From positions 22,198,001-22,262,000 of the forward strand of contig CM052816.1 in assembly GCA_028534125.1 (NCBI GenBank): a DNA stretch of 64,000 nt, in the 5' to 3' direction. The DNA is from Lama glama. Taxonomy: Eukaryota. Below, piece by piece: positions 40,100 to 53,989 of this stretch. A program made the translations under genes and the position numbers. A model generated the notes under the pieces. That model had not been told where the DNA came from, did no database searches, and saw nothing but the letters and a program-made list of their open reading frames with translations. Within the stretch, counting starts at the first letter, position 1. Every line of letters starts with the position of its first letter.

Positions 40100-40469
40100 T
40101 ATTCCCTTTTGTGAAGTGTCTTTTTAGGTCTTTAGTTTTTTATTTGTTCATAGAATATGGAAGTACAGTTGTTCTATAATGATTAGTGTCTAACAACCTT
40201 GCTAATTTCCTTCATTAATTCTAACAATTTTCAGATTCTTTTGAATTTTCTGTGTTTTCCTGGAAATGTTCTCCAGGCAGGAAGCTGGGGCAGTGGTAGG
40301 GTGCACCTCTTTTGTTTCTTATGCTCTCAAGGATTACTGTCCTTAAATGCCTGGTGTCCAGTGTCTTAAGTGGCATCATGTTATATATTTTGTCTAGTTT
40401 TTTTAGTTGCTTCAGGTAGGAGGGTAAAGTGCTGGTTGTTCCATCTTGCCCAGAAGCTGGAGTCCACAT

Positions 40470-41730
40470 ACAAAATTTTAATACAACTCTCTCAATAAAT
40501 GAGAGCAGACACACACATCCTCCCCGTGTCCCCCACCCCAAAATCAGTAAGGATATAGAGTATTGGAACAACACACAAACTTAATCTAATGGACCTATAT
40601 AAATCATGAAATTAACAACAAATGCAAAATATACATTACTTTCAGGTGATCATGGAGCATTTATCAAAAATGACTGTATGTTAGGCCGTAAACTGTTAAC
40701 AGATTTGAAAGAGGAACTCATAGAAGAGGCTCACTGCAGCAGAGTCAAACAGTGAATTGGTAACAAAAAGTACAAAATTAGGAAGTTAAGGGATATACTT
40801 GCCAATAATGCAGTGGAAAGTAGAAATTACTTTGAACCAAATGAAAATGGAAATAGGAATATCAAAACCTTTGGATGTTATTAAACCATACTTAAAGGGA
40901 ATTGTATAGCCTTTAAGTACATGTATTAGGAAAATAGAAAGGCTAAAAATGAATTAGGTAAACGTTCTTCTCCAGAAACCAGAATAACAGCAAATTAAAT
41001 TTAGATACGCAGGAGAAAATAATAATAGCAGCAAGGAATGAAATATGTAACGTGCAAAAAAAAAAAGGACTAAGAAAACTAAGTTATTTCAAAGACTAAG
41101 AAAGTTGCTAAACTCTTAGAATGAACAAGGAAAAAGAAAAATGGCAAAACTAAACAGTGTTAGGAATGTAAAAATCATTACAATCATTAGAGATAACGAC
41201 ACTTTGAATGAGTAAAATATAGATGAAATAAACAAATTTAGAGAAAAACACAACTTACCAAAGAAGGAAAATTCAGTAGTCTTATAACTAGTAAAGAACT
41301 TGACTTTGTCATTTAAAAGCCTCTCCACAGAGAAAACTTAAGTCCTAGATGGCTTTACCTGTAAGTTACACCAAACAGTTGCAGAAGAAATCACGCTGAT
41401 TCTACATAACAAAATCTCCGCAGTGGTAGGGATTTCTTAAGATCCTCATAAGAAAACACAATAAAGGGAAAAGTTGGTATCTTTGACTATTGTAAAATTA
41501 AAAACATATTCATCAAAAAGTACCATTTAAAAGAACAACAGGCAATGGAGTGAAAATGTATTGTAATTCGTATGCCCTTCAAAGGAAAAGTATCCAGAGT
41601 ATATAAAGTACTTTTTCTATACCAAAAGAAAAAGAGCAGCCAATAGAAAAATGGGTAAAAGAATTAAAGAAGCATTTCATAAAAAAAGAGGAAATTGTCC
41701 AATAAACATGAAAAGATGCTTAATTTCATT
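40470..41730 (+). mobile_element. Old L1 ORF2 fragments
   Basis: A-rich sense L1 text (aaaatcagtaaggatatagag, gatgaaataaacaaatttagagaaaaacacaacttacc, gtcctagatggctttac); boundaries approximate. Confidence 0.75.
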
Positions 41731-41889
41731 ATGAAAAGCTCTTCATAAGGTTGGAGTTGATGATGAAGGAAGCGTTAACGCCCTCTGTTTGGAGGTCAGT
41801 GGCAGATGATCATTGACCTAAAACTGTCCTTTGGAAGAAACAAGAATAGGGGTAAAAGGGAAAGGTGTAGTAAAAAAAAAAATACAGCG

Positions 41890-41908
41890 GAGCCACCAGA
41901 TGGCACCA
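41890..41908 (+). promoter_or_regulatory. Candidate CTCF binding site
   Basis: GAGCCACCAGATGGCACCA fits the CTCF core CCASYAGRKGGCRS. Confidence 0.6.
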
Positions 41909-41959
41909 CGCTACAATGTGACTCTTCCTGGGGTCTGTCGTTAAAACAGTAACAGCAAG

Positions 41960-42390
41960 ATTTGTTGGTTTGTTTGTTTAAGGTTGTGCAGTGTGGATTG
42001 TTAAGATGTATAATGTGTTAATTTTATATACGTACACATTGTGAAATGATTATCACAGTCAACACATTAATCTCATGTAGATACCTTTTTTGTGTGGGTG
42101 AGATGAGAACACTTAAGATCTACTCTCTTACCACATTGCAAGTTTACAATTATGAAAAACATTTTGAAAGTTCTTCAAAAAAAATTAAAAATAGACAAAA
42201 AGCTAAAAAGAGAACTACCATATGATCCAGCAATTCTGCTGGACATATATCCAAAGAAAGTAAAATCATTCTTTCAAAGAGATGGATGCACTTCCACATT
42301 CATTGCAGCATTATTCACAATAGCCAAGATATGCAAGCAAGTTAAGTGTCCACTGATGGATGAATGGATAAAGAAGATGTGAGTATATAC
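41960..42390. mobile_element. L1MA-type 3' end (- strand) abutting an inverted ORF2 C-terminal piece (+ strand)
   Basis: Antisense 3'UTR text to ~42150 (gaacacttaagatctactctctta), then sense ORF 42152..42382 (ELPYDPAILLDIYPK...FIAALFTIAK...DEWIKKM). Confidence 0.75.
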
Positions 42391-43991
42391 AGATAAATAC
42401 TTTTTTAAGTTTCTTTTGCAAGCTAACCTTCCTCAAATGATGTAATTCCTCAAAAAGAAAAGAATAAGGCAATTTCTTAGCCATCTTTTCAGATGTGTCT
42501 GCAGTCCATAGTGAAGTATTTCAGAAGACTCTTTCACAGAAGAAGCATTTCCAATCAGAAAATACAGAATTTTAGACAGATTATATTTGGATAATCTTCA
42601 GACGATAATGAATGTTCAATATGGATACAGCTGTTTACTAATAGAGTATTTGTACAGTTGGACATGGGACGTAGGATTTGGAATCGTAATGAGTGGTGGT
42701 CCTTTGCAGGGCTCCCGAGGGAGATCTTCCAGAAAATACAAGTGGCCCGACTCTGAACAGGAATGAAAAGCAGATAACGCGCCTAAGAGCCAATCCAACC
42801 TCTAGCAGTCTGCGCGGAGCCGCTGCGAACTCCGGAGCGCCTGGCAGCTGCTCATCTGTTCTGACTGCTTGGTATTTTTTGGTCCCTTTAACTTTGACCA
42901 TTTTGGTGGGTATGTAGTGGTATTTTATTGTGGTTTTAGTTTTCATTTCCATTATTGTTAGTGGGATTGAGCTCTTTCTCATATTTGTGTGGGCTGTTTG
43001 GTTTGCAGTTTTATGAAATGCTTTTTTAAGTCTTTTCTCGTTTTGTAGATATTCTTTATATGTTTTGGATGTGACGCCATAATCAGTTAATATCTACAGC
43101 AGAGATCCTCTTCCACTCTGGGGGCTTTCCTTTGTCATACCCTTCATGGTGTCTCTCGATGAAGAGACGTTCTTAATTTTGAACTAGAAAAATTTATTAC
43201 TTTTCCTGTATGGTTAGTGCTCTGTGATCTATTTAAGAAGTTTTCCCCTACTCCAGGTTCATTAACATATTTGTGTTAGCTTTTAGATGCTTGGATGTTT
43301 TGCCTTTTAAATTGAGCTCTGAAGTTTATCTGGAATAGATTTTTGTGTGTAGGGTGAGATGTAGGTCAGGTTTTGTTCTCACACCCGAAGATTGTCCTTA
43401 CACCATGTATTGAAAAGTTAAGTCCTTTTTTTCCACCCCACTTCAGTGACGTCTTTGCCATGTATGAACTGTCTGGGTGTATTTGAGTTTATCTGGAGTC
43501 TGTGTTCTGTTATATTGGCCTGTTTGTTCTTCCATCCCACACTACTCTGTTGTCTTAGTTACTTAGTAGTTTAATACATACTGATACCTGATGAAGTTCT
43601 CTGACCCTGTTCTTTTTCAAGAATGTGTTAGCTGTTCTTGTGTCATTGCATTTCCAAATGAGTTTTACAGCCAGCTTATCAACTTACATACACAAACGCA
43701 TATGTACACACAATCAGTTGAGTTGTGAATGGGATTTTCTTGAAATTATGTAATAATTGGAAGGAAATAAACATCATCATATACTTTAGTCTTCCTATAT
43801 GTGAACCCAGGATATGTTTGCACTTATTTATATGTTCCATTGCTCTCACTGTTTTATTGTTTTGTTTTAAAGGCTTTCATATTTCTCATAAGGTTTACTT
43901 TTAAGTGTTGGATGTGGGTTTCTGGTTTATTTTTCCCCTGCTTTATTGAGGTATACTTGGGAAATAAAAGTTTTATATATTTCAGGTTATA

Positions 43992-44293
43992 TGTATTGGT
44001 CCATTTGGGCTGCTGTAACAAAATACTGTAGACTGGGTGGCTTGTAAATAACAGAAATTTCTTTGTCACAGGTCTGAAGGCTAAGAAGTCCAAGGTCAAG
44101 ATGCTGGCAGATTTGGTGTCTGATGAGAGCTCATTGCCTGGTTCATAGATGGTGACTTCTCATTGTCCTCATAGAAAAAGAAGGGGCAAGGAAACTCTCT
44201 GGGGCCTCTTTTATAAGGGCACTAATCCCAGTCATGAGGGCTCTACCCTTATGACCGAATCACCTCAAAAGGCCCCACCTTCTAATATCACCT
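43992..44293 (-). mobile_element. MLT1A-like MaLR LTR
   Basis: tgtattggtccatttgggctgctgtaacaaaatac...aagtccaaggtcaagatgctggcagatttggtgtctg...ataagggcactaatccc. Confidence 0.85.
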
Positions 44294-44294
44294 T

Positions 44295-45325
44295 AAATGC
44301 TGCAAGTTGCATTATTTTATCCTTTTTATGGCTGAGTAGTATTCCATTGTATAAATAGACCACAACTGCCATATCCAGTCATCTGTCGATAGAAATTTAG
44401 GTTGTTTCCGTGTCTTGGCTATTGTAAATAGTGGTGCTATGGACATTGGGGTGCAGGTGTGTTTCTGAATTAAGGTGACCTCTGGATATATGTCCAGGAG
44501 TGGGATTGCTTGATTGTATGGTAGGTCTGGTTTTAGTCTTTTGAGGAATCTCCATACTGTTTTCCATAATGGCTGCACCAAACTACATTCCCACCAACAC
44601 TGTAGGAGGGTTCCCTTTTCTCCACACCCTCTCCGACATTTATTGTTTGTGGACTTTTTAATGACGGCCATTCTGACTGGTGTGAGGTGATACCTCATTG
44701 TAGTTTTATCTGCATTTCTCTGATACTAAGCAATACTGAGTGTCTTTTCATGTGCCTATTGGCCATTTGTATGTCTTCACTGGAGAATTGCTTATTTTAG
44801 GTCTTCTGCCCATTTTTGGATTGGGTTGTTTGTTTTTGAGTTGTATAAGCTGTTTATATATTCTGGAAATTAGGCCATTGTCAGTTTCATTGTTTGCAGA
44901 TATTTTCTCCCATTCCATAGGTTGTCTTTTTGTTTTGCTTATGGTTTCCTTTGCTTTGCAAAGGCTTATATGTTTAAATAGGTCCCATTTGTTTATTTTT
45001 GCTTTTATTTCTACCGCTTGGGTATACTGCCCTAGGAAGAACATTGCTGAGATGTATGTCAGATAATGTTTTGCCTATGTTTTCTTCTACTAGATTTATA
45101 GTGTCTTGTCTTACGTTTAAGTCTTAAGCCATTGTGATTTTTATACACAAAAATAGTGTATGGTGTGAGGGAGTATTCGTTATAACTTCACTGATTTACA
45201 TCCAGCTCTCCAGTTTTCCCAACACCATTTGGTGAAGAGAGTGTCTTTACTCCATTGTATGTTCTTGCCTCCTTTGTCAAAGATTAATTGACCAAAAGTT
45301 TGTGGGTTTATTTCTGGGCCATGCT
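44295..45325 (-). mobile_element. Relatively young L1 ORF2 C-terminal fragments
   Basis: ORFs 44312..44698(-) [21 protein letters not shown]...[21 protein letters not shown], 44748..45044(-) KINKWDL...EWEKISAN and 45180..45413(-) [12 protein letters not shown]. Confidence 0.92.
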
Positions 45326-45429
45326 CTATATTTTTTAATTCATTCATTTGTTGATGGACACTTAAGTTGTTTCCAAATCTTAGAAATTTTGTCAGTAATG
45401 CTGCAGTGAACATGGAGGCTGCAGATAAC

Positions 45430-45697
45430 AGTCAGCAAGAATCTGGAGCCCTCAGTTCTACGAGGCACTGAATTCTGTTAACAACCTTGGAGCTTGGAAG
45501 TGGCTGCTTCCCTAGTTCAGCCTCCAGGTTCAAGCACAGCCCCGCTGACACCTTGACTGCAGCCTTCTGAGACCCCCAAGCAGAAGACCGAGCCAAGCTG
45601 ACCCACTGAATTTCAGACTCCTGATGCATCGAAACTGTGCTGTTTTAAGCCGTTGACTTTGTGGTAATATGCTGCATAGCAATAGATAACTAATATA
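45430..45697 (+). mobile_element. MLT1-type LTR 3' fragment
   Basis: gctgacaccttgactgcagccttctgagaccc...tgttttaagcc...tgtggtaat...catagcaatagataactaata. Confidence 0.75.
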
Positions 45698-48600
45698 TTG
45701 CTTGTTAGCTGTATGATCTTGGGGAAGTTGTGTTTACACCCTGTGGCTTAGTTCTCTCATCCTCAAATCATGTTAACAACTCGCTTTCGAGTAGGCTATG
45801 AGGATGAAATGAGTTAATGCGTGTGCAATCCTTGGGCAACACCCAGCCCCCTTGAAAGTTTCGCAGGAACTTTCAGTGGTTATACACTCTCTTCTTTCCC
45901 TCTCTCCCTCCCTGTTTTCCCTCTTCAAACCATAGTTGTTTTCTACCCTGATTCTTCCATCTCATCTCCTTTCCCAGAATTCCATTTCTTTGCCCAGTAT
46001 GGTCTCGGCTCGCCAGTAAACACTCCATCTAGTGGTCATTTATCTGACAACCTCAACTATTGTAAATATAATCAAGATGTTCCAAAATCAGATTGATTCC
46101 ATATAAAAATGCATTCAAGGTACATTCCTGACTTATTGGTGAGATTCAGCTTTCTTGTCTCCTAAGTTAAAACATGCTGGAAGCCAAACTGAAAACTGTG
46201 AGTGGAGAACTGGAGGGAAGCATACTAACAGCAGCAAGAATGTGATTAAGACATCCTGAACCCTGCCCTGCCTACACCGTCTGGTTTAAAGAGCACGGCA
46301 TCTTCCCAGGTCTCCAAGGCCTGGAATGCGGTGTGGGGTCAGGGCTCCTGATGAGTTAAAGAGGCAGGCGTTCTCCCTCCACCCAGGTGACAGGGAAGCA
46401 GGAGGGCTGAGTCCTCTCCTCTGCCCTTTGTCTTTCTTCTCATCTGCGAATCTTTTCTCCTTGAGATAAGCACTGCCAGGCTGTGGATCAACACACTTAA
46501 CCCCTTGTTCTTAACCCCAGTCCTCCTTTCTGCCCTGCAAACCTTCCTGCCTTTCCCCATGTGACAACAGCTCCCCCATTCTCTTTTTTAAGGGAACTAT
46601 TCCTTTCCCAAACCGTGGGGTTTTGGTGGGACTGTGAGTCAAAGTGACCCACCCCTACACACACTGCAGGGGGCCCAGTGTGAGGCGTTCCTTGGAATTC
46701 CTAGCCTGTGGATCAGCAGGGTCATTTCCTGTATGACCCCATGACGTTCGTCATAAGCTGTTAAGACTGCCATGGCCGGTTACCGGCTGTTTGACCTTGA
46801 GCAAGTCATTTACTGTCTCTAATCACCTGTCCCATCATCTCTGACATTGGGAAAGTAAAAGCTCTTTAATAGGATGGGTGTGGAATCAGCCAGGCTCATG
46901 CCTCACAGGGGACTGGTGCTTTCTGAACGCCTCCTCACCCTCTCCCTCCAGTGTCCCATCCTATCTTGTCACCCCACAACCAGGCACACCCACCTAGCCC
47001 CCTTCTCCCTCCCCTGTGAGGCCAGGCCTATAAAGTGCTTCTGGCAGCCTGGAACTAGTGAGAGGCTAATGAATAAACCAGTCCATTGAACCTGTACTGG
47101 AAAGTCTGCCTTCCTTGTTTATTTCTGAGAATTGGAAAGAGAACAGAGATCACACTTTGTTAGCATTTTTACCACCTGCTTCGCTAGAAGCCTATGCTGC
47201 TGATTTCCTCTTGTACTAGTCCTTCTAAATCCTTCATCTGGTGGCCCACCAAGGGTCTCCTTGAGCTACACTGATAGGCCTGCTGAGCTCTGGTTGTGCC
47301 TTGTAACCGAGAGCTGCAGAGACGACTGGGAGGCAGGAGAGAGCTTTCCACTGAGGTCGCCCACCGCTGAGCAGGGAAAGGAGGGTGCCGACATCAGGGA
47401 AGAGGAAAACGGCCTGTAGTCTTAGATCCAAGTCAGGAGGGTCTGTTTAATCCTAGAACACGTTGTGTTCACCACTCATTGGTTTCCTGGCTGGGTTGCA
47501 CTCGGGTTTCCCCTTTCTTAGTGCTGGCACTCTTGGAGAGCCCCACATCCATGTCAGAGTTTTCTGCACGTGGTGTTTTTCACGTGGGACGCTATGTCAA
47601 CACCTGTGTCTGACCATGTGTGTGGTATCAGATTTGAATTGAAAACATCAAATGGTTTGTAGATACGCATGGTGCATTTATCCCTTAAGTCACTGCTTCA
47701 TGACAGGCACAGCAAGGATGCTCTGTATAAAACCTTAGGCATCATTTTATTATGCCATCTAGCAAGCAAAGACCTTGTGGGTAGTGGTTTCCGCAGCCTG
47801 GGAGGAACTTCTGCTGCCTGAGGAATAGACACACCCTGACCCTGAGGTATTGGGCGGTTGCTGAATAACCTGAGCTTCTGACTTGGCCTCTCTCGGAATC
47901 TTTGTTTCTTGTGATGGTCATGTTCCCATGAACCTTTTTACTGTTTAACAAGATCTCAATCCTGAAAGCCTCATTTCTGCTGGCATAGAGTGTTGGGCAG
48001 CAGTGGTCTCGGTCAGAGTCCATCCCAAGTGTGCACTTAGGAGGGACGGGGAAAAGAATGTCAGGTAATGGAGCGATGTGCTTTTCTCAGCTGTACGGCC
48101 AAGTCTGCCCTGAGGCTGTTCTTAGTGGGCACTTGATTGGGCTGGGATCATCATATTTAATGTTTCCTTTCTCTTTATTTTTCTACTCTTGTTGCCTTTG
48201 AACAAGTTCACCTAATCTGTTCTGTGACTTTCTGTTCCTAAGAACTAGACTGCTTGGATGCCTCACGTAAGTGGGGTTGTCACTTGCACTGAGCCCTTGG
48301 ACTCTTGATAAGAGGCCAGACCAGACAGAAACTTCAGGCAGGGCTTTACTGGGGCTCATGCTGCAGCACAAGGGAGTGAAAGCAAGAAAACAGGGATCCA
48401 TGTCTTGCTCCTGATCTTAAAGAAAAGCGTTTATCATCTTGAACCATATCGCCTGTGGACTTCATATACTGTCTTCGTTTTGTTTAAGTAGTTTCCTTCT
48501 AGTCCTAGGTTTGTGTTTTAAAAGGCTATTGAATTTTGTCCAATTTAGAAGATCATATGGGTCGCCCACCCCACCCCCCAGTATTCTGCAAATGTGGTAT

Positions 48601-49547
48601 ATTTATCCCCAGTGTCTAAAAAGTGCCTGGGCACATCGTTCTCAACAGAAAATGTCTGAGCGCATGAATTGCCCAGTTACTGAATGACACCCATTTAATT
48701 ATGCTTCTTTATGACCAATTTTTGTAATCTAATTGCTTTAATTTGGGTAACTTGCTTTCTAGGTCTGCTTCAGGCCTGGAAATCTTGAGATTTCTTTTAA
48801 TTACGCTCCTTGATTTGTTCTAAAGACCACATTCTCAAGTGGTGTTTTCGGGAGGGGAATGTGGGAAGTTCTGGATTGCCTGCTAGTGTGATCTGTTTTG
48901 CCTTCTCACTTCAGTGAAAGTTCGGCTGAAGAGAGACAGTAGTGCCAAGTGATGATCAGTTCTCTCAGAAGCCGAGACGAGTGTTCCATTATGTTCTAGA
49001 CGCACCGCTGCTGCTGAGAAACCTGGTAGTCTTTGGACGGAACAATCCAAGAAATTATCTAATTTCCCAGAGGTGAATGTATGAATTGCAGAAGAAAGGG
49101 CCATTTGAGGTCTGTGAAGTGTGACAGTATAAATGCAAAACCCATTTTTAAAAATTTCAAGGCATAAAGAATGAAGAGACCATTCCTTTTTTGATAGACG
49201 CCCCTCCTCCCACCCCCGCACCCCGAGCGTTTCCCTTGCTTTCCCTTTGTAAAACTCTTATTAATCACAGGTTGGGTCACTTGAATCCTAGAACTTCTCA
49301 TCGCTCAAATGACTTACCATAGTGACTTCTTCCCAAAATGTCTACTTGTCCTGTTGGTTTCCTTCAGGAATATCAAGTTGGAAAGAGAGAGGAAGGGAGA
49401 AAGGTTTGCTTGTTTCTGTGTCTGAGCTGCAGTACAAGCTGGTCCTGTTACAGTATTAGCCTGCATGGCGTTAGCTCCATTGTGCACAGGTTGGATGTGG
49501 CCGCATATACGTGGGTACAGTCCAGTCACTCACCCCCGGTACCTTTG

Positions 49548-49823
49548 TGCTATCGTTGAATGTCTGTTCCCTCTGTTCACGCTGAAATTCTAACTCCCAA
49601 AGGCAATGGTATTAGTGCCTTACAGAGGAGACTCCAGAGAACTCTCCAGCCTTTCCCACCAAGTGAAGACCTAGAAGTCTGCACCTGGCAGAGAGCCCTC
49701 ACCTGACCGTGCTGGCACCCTGATCTCAAGACTTCTGGCCTCCAGAACTGTGAGAAGTCACTTTCTGTTGTTTGTAAGCCACCCAAATCTGGGGTATTTT
49801 GTTATATCCTAAAGGGACTAAGC
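49548..49823 (+). mobile_element. MLT1A-like MaLR LTR
   Basis: gctgaaattctaactccca...gctggcaccctgatctcaagacttctggcctccagaactgtgaga...tttgtaagccaccca...ggtattttgttata. Confidence 0.8.
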
Positions 49824-51549
49824 TGCTTGGCACAGTTTCTGAGAAGTGAAATACTGTTTTTAAAGGAAACCAGAAACAGCAGCCAAAATGTTTTCTGACA
49901 CAGCCTGAACATGTTGCAGCCAGCAAAGTGCTCCCTGCACCTCAGCAGAGGGGATCAGGCCCTGGGGAGCTGTTGGCACAGACCTAGGGTCTAAGGTCAG
50001 CGCTCAGACATTTGAAAGGCACACAGGTGTACAAGTGGGTTCAATTAGCAACAGTAAGGAAAAAAAGACACTCAGGTCAAGGTTTAAAGATTATTATCTT
50101 ATTTGCTGCTCCTTTGTAAAGGAGCAAAAACAACACCACCAAAAAAAAACACCTGTGTGTAGGAATCCTCTCTGGGCCTCCCAGGCAGGCTTTTGGTGTA
50201 TTCATCTATCTTAAGCTAATGAACATTGGAGGTTCAGTGAGTTATAAAAGTTCTAGTGAACTCCAGAGCTTGGATTCACAGAGACAGTTTGGGGTTAGAG
50301 TGGACCGTGCCTTTACTCTCCTGCTGTTATCCTCTAGGGAAACTAAAATCATCCTTTCTGCAATACCAAAAGCACCACTCTGTCAGCAGTTGTTTGTAAG
50401 GTCCCTGATCAAACATTTGGATCTTAGCTTTTTTTTTCTTTTGGGCATCAAAGGACCAACTATAAATATGATGCAATTAAGAATTGTAGAGTAGGGTCAG
50501 AAGTAGCCCAGAGGTTGCATATATCTGGTAGAAATGTTAAAAAAAAAAAAAAAGGCAGATAAAAACCTCATCTCAAAAACATCCTAAAAACTGAAAGTTT
50601 AAGGAGCCCAAATATTAAAATACAGATTATCATGAGTCATTTGGTAGATTTTTACATTTTCACAATCGTAGCAAATGGTCTCTGTTTTACGGAATTGCCC
50701 TACTTTTTGTGCACATTATGCCTATCCTTTGAAAAGAGGCACTCGAAATAGAGCTCATATATTGACATGAGTTTCTTTACATAATTTTTTCCCTTTAATC
50801 AGCTTATTTTACTGGCCTGCCATAATTTCATCTTAACCCAGTTTTCCCTTTACAGTCCTTGGCCATGAGTTGAGTTGAGTTGAAGACAAAAATTATCAAA
50901 ACTTTTCTAATACTTTACTTTTCTCATTGATTTTTCTATTTTAGAGTGTTGTACACCAGGTCTCACGATGCAGCCAATCCTAACTGAAGTATTCTCAGTA
51001 GCTGAGGCACAAGGCCCAACACATGGATGAGTCTCTGGCAGGATCTGGTGAGTATATAGGTCTTCTTTGTTCTCATCTGAATCAGCATTTCCAATCAGTC
51101 GCACTGGCATTTGGAACTAGATAAAATCTCTGTTGTCTGGGTGTCAGTAAGTACCCCACTTCAATTTCGGACAACCAAAAATACTGTTTTCAAATGTTCC
51201 CTAGGGGACAGAATTGCCCCTGATGGGAACCACTGTCTTCTTTTAGGAGCGAACTTCTTTAAACTGTCCACACACTTTGTGATGGAAATTCCACACTACA
51301 GTCATAGAACATTTCTTAGTTGTATTTACTGCCAGCCAGCGTATCCTGGGAAAACAAAATGCTGCAGCATGGAAAACTAAGTAGGAGTTTGATACCTCGT
51401 TTCAAATTATCAGGTGAAGTGTAGAAATTTAAATCCCCTTTTAAAGAAGAAAATGATAAATTGTTTTTGCAGTCACGATAGCAGTCATAACTCTACTAAA
51501 ACAGCACCTTCTGTGAGTGTAGTAAATACTTTGCTGAAAGAAAGGAACC

Positions 51550-53989
51550 AAAGCAGGAGTGAAAAACATTTATTGAATCAAAATCAATACTTTCTTTTTA
51601 TTATCTACAAGCCAACACTGAACTCACTTTATTCAAGAATGAACACAATGTACAAAAAAAGTATGCTTATATTATAAAAATATGTCAATTTTATCTCCTG
51701 GGCACTGAGCAGAAGTCATTTTAAACAAAATCAAGGCAAACTTGCTCTCTATAATAAAACTGCTATAATTTAATAACAAAAGTGAAAGCTGATATACTCA
51801 CAAAGTATCTCATTTAAAGGCCCACCGATAATGCTGCCTGGGAAATGCTGCCCCAGTCACCACAGTGTACATTGCTCCTCTACGCTCACTGGCCCCACTT
51901 TCTGCCTACCTCGTGGGAAAGCACCTCCTCCACAGAATGCAGATCACTGATAAAAGAATGTGTGTCATTAGGTAACAGCTGTTAGCATATAGTTCAGCAA
52001 AGTATTAACAGTCAATGCTAGTTATTGAATTAGCATCAATTTTCAAGCGAGACACACAGTCGTGGGGAGCAAATGACCTCCCAAGATTTACAAAGCCACT
52101 TACCACTGTGGGAAAACTGACTCCCTAAAAAAAAAAAATGTGTCCAATGTTAACTCTTAGAATTTTTGGTAATTGTCTTACTCCGTCTGCCGTCACCGGC
52201 ACGCGCCTTGGCAGGCGGGCTTGCACGCAGCGTGGCTGCCTGTGCCTGCCTGTCAAGTCAGTGGCGGCTGCAGAACAGCCAGAGGCTTTAGAGTGCAGCC
52301 TTCGGTTTACCACGGAGACGCTCCAGTGCTCACTGGAGTATGTGGTCCTTGGAGAATCAGGAAAGTGAGCAGTTGGAGGAAACAATCAAATCAAATCACG
52401 AGCTGGGAAAAAGGAACTAAGGAACTATGGCTCCCTGTGTTGTCGTCTAGGAGGTGTAGGCCCAGGATAAAGTCTGCATACTAAATGTTAAAGTCAAAGT
52501 AGAATTAAGACTCAACAGCATCAGTGCTGTCAAGGCCAAGGAAACCCGTCCCTTAAAAAGAGCCTGCACACAGCAGTGGCCCTGGCAGGACACTGACCTG
52601 GCACTCACGCGAAGTCCAGAATGCAGTATCCACACAGTGAATTAACGACACCAGGTGAATTCAAGTTTAGAAGGTATTAAACCGCAAAATGCCTATTTCG
52701 ATTACTAAGCATAAATGTCTTTCCTTGACAGATTCTGTTTGGGATTGAGACCTACGAAGACTCAAAACTGCAGAAACACAGGGCAGGAGTATCTGGCGCC
52801 CACTGTACTGGGTAAACTGAAAAGAACTGTGGGAGAAATGCTTTCATGTTTTGCCCCTAAAACCTACTACGTATGCAGTTCTATGATTCACAAGAATTTG
52901 GGACTAAGGTGAGGGGAAAGGGATCGAAGAAGACAGAAAATGTTCCCTCTTTATGCAATGTCACCCCATTTCCTACATGAAATGTTAGTGCTACCAAATG
53001 TAACTCTTAGATAACGGCTCAACTAGACATAGGACTTAAATAGTTTAATGAGAAAACAGACCACTACCTGGCTTAGCACTACATCCTTACAGAAATATCT
53101 GAAATACACTTTGTGAAGAATAAACGTATTTTGGAACTTGAGCGAAAGGTTTCTCACAGGACATTCAACAGGCTGCTACTGGAAACAACTGAATACCATA
53201 GTATTAAACCTAAACAAGTGAAAACAGATGAGTACACAAAAAATGAACAGCTACTAAGATAGATAGCGATGCGCAGTCAGACTGGATGGGGAGGATGTGA
53301 CCACACACCCGCAACTGTTTACAATCCCAGGTCCTCACTTTCAAATAAATATACTGAACATTTACAACAGAATGAATGCCTTATGAATGCAAGCTTTTCT
53401 TTCACTGTAGTTCTAACTAAATAAAAGTCTTAAGCTACAAGTTGCCTTTTTTTTGTGAAACCGATGTGACTTGGTGCCACAGCTAACCTTCCTCTAACAG
53501 CAGCAGTATCACCAGCCCATGGCAGCAAAGCCCGTTCCTTTCTGGCATCCCATGGGCTCCTGTACAAAGCAACTTCATAAAGCATGCAGGTATCTACTCT
53601 GCTGAAGTTTTAAGTGGATAGAAATGATCATTGTGCTTATGGTTCTCATACCTTCCAAAATATACATAAATGGTGACAAAGTAACAAATAATAGCACGTC
53701 TTTGCTTACCAATAAAATCATAAGGCCGGGGGCTGGAGATGGAAAGAGAAATGTTAAAAATGGGGAAAAAATGCAAAACAGTGCTAGCATTCACAAAAAA
53801 GATCATGCTAAAATCAGATCCATATTGATAAAGATAAGCCACAATCCAAAGAACTCTGTCCGTGAGTCCAAAGGCATGCATGCCAGCGGAAGAAAACGCA
53901 GGGTTCATCTGACGACAGTTTCTTCGGAGCAGAGCGGTTACGTGTCACTGGAGTAATCACAACAGGGTGAACAAGAGGCCATCACACTT
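51550..53989 (-). other. CDC42SE2: CDC42SE2 non-coding last exon (3'UTR), boundaries inferred
   Basis: Repeat-poor ~2.4 kb segment; on - strand a polypyrimidine tract (gcttttctttcctttg) precedes the first AG at 53991-53990; ends at the AATAAA cluster. Confidence 0.6.
51569..51633 (-). terminator. Cluster of three AATAAA signals, probable CDC42SE2 3' end
   Basis: TTTATT on + at 51569-51574, 51597-51602 and 51628-51633. Confidence 0.6.

Noticed and set aside
50107..50126. Small palindrome tgctccttt-gt-aaaggagca (similar one ctccagtg-ct-cactggag at 52321-52338)
   Set aside because: 8-9 bp stems with 2-nt loops can arise by chance in 64 kb; the second lacks the IRE loop geometry
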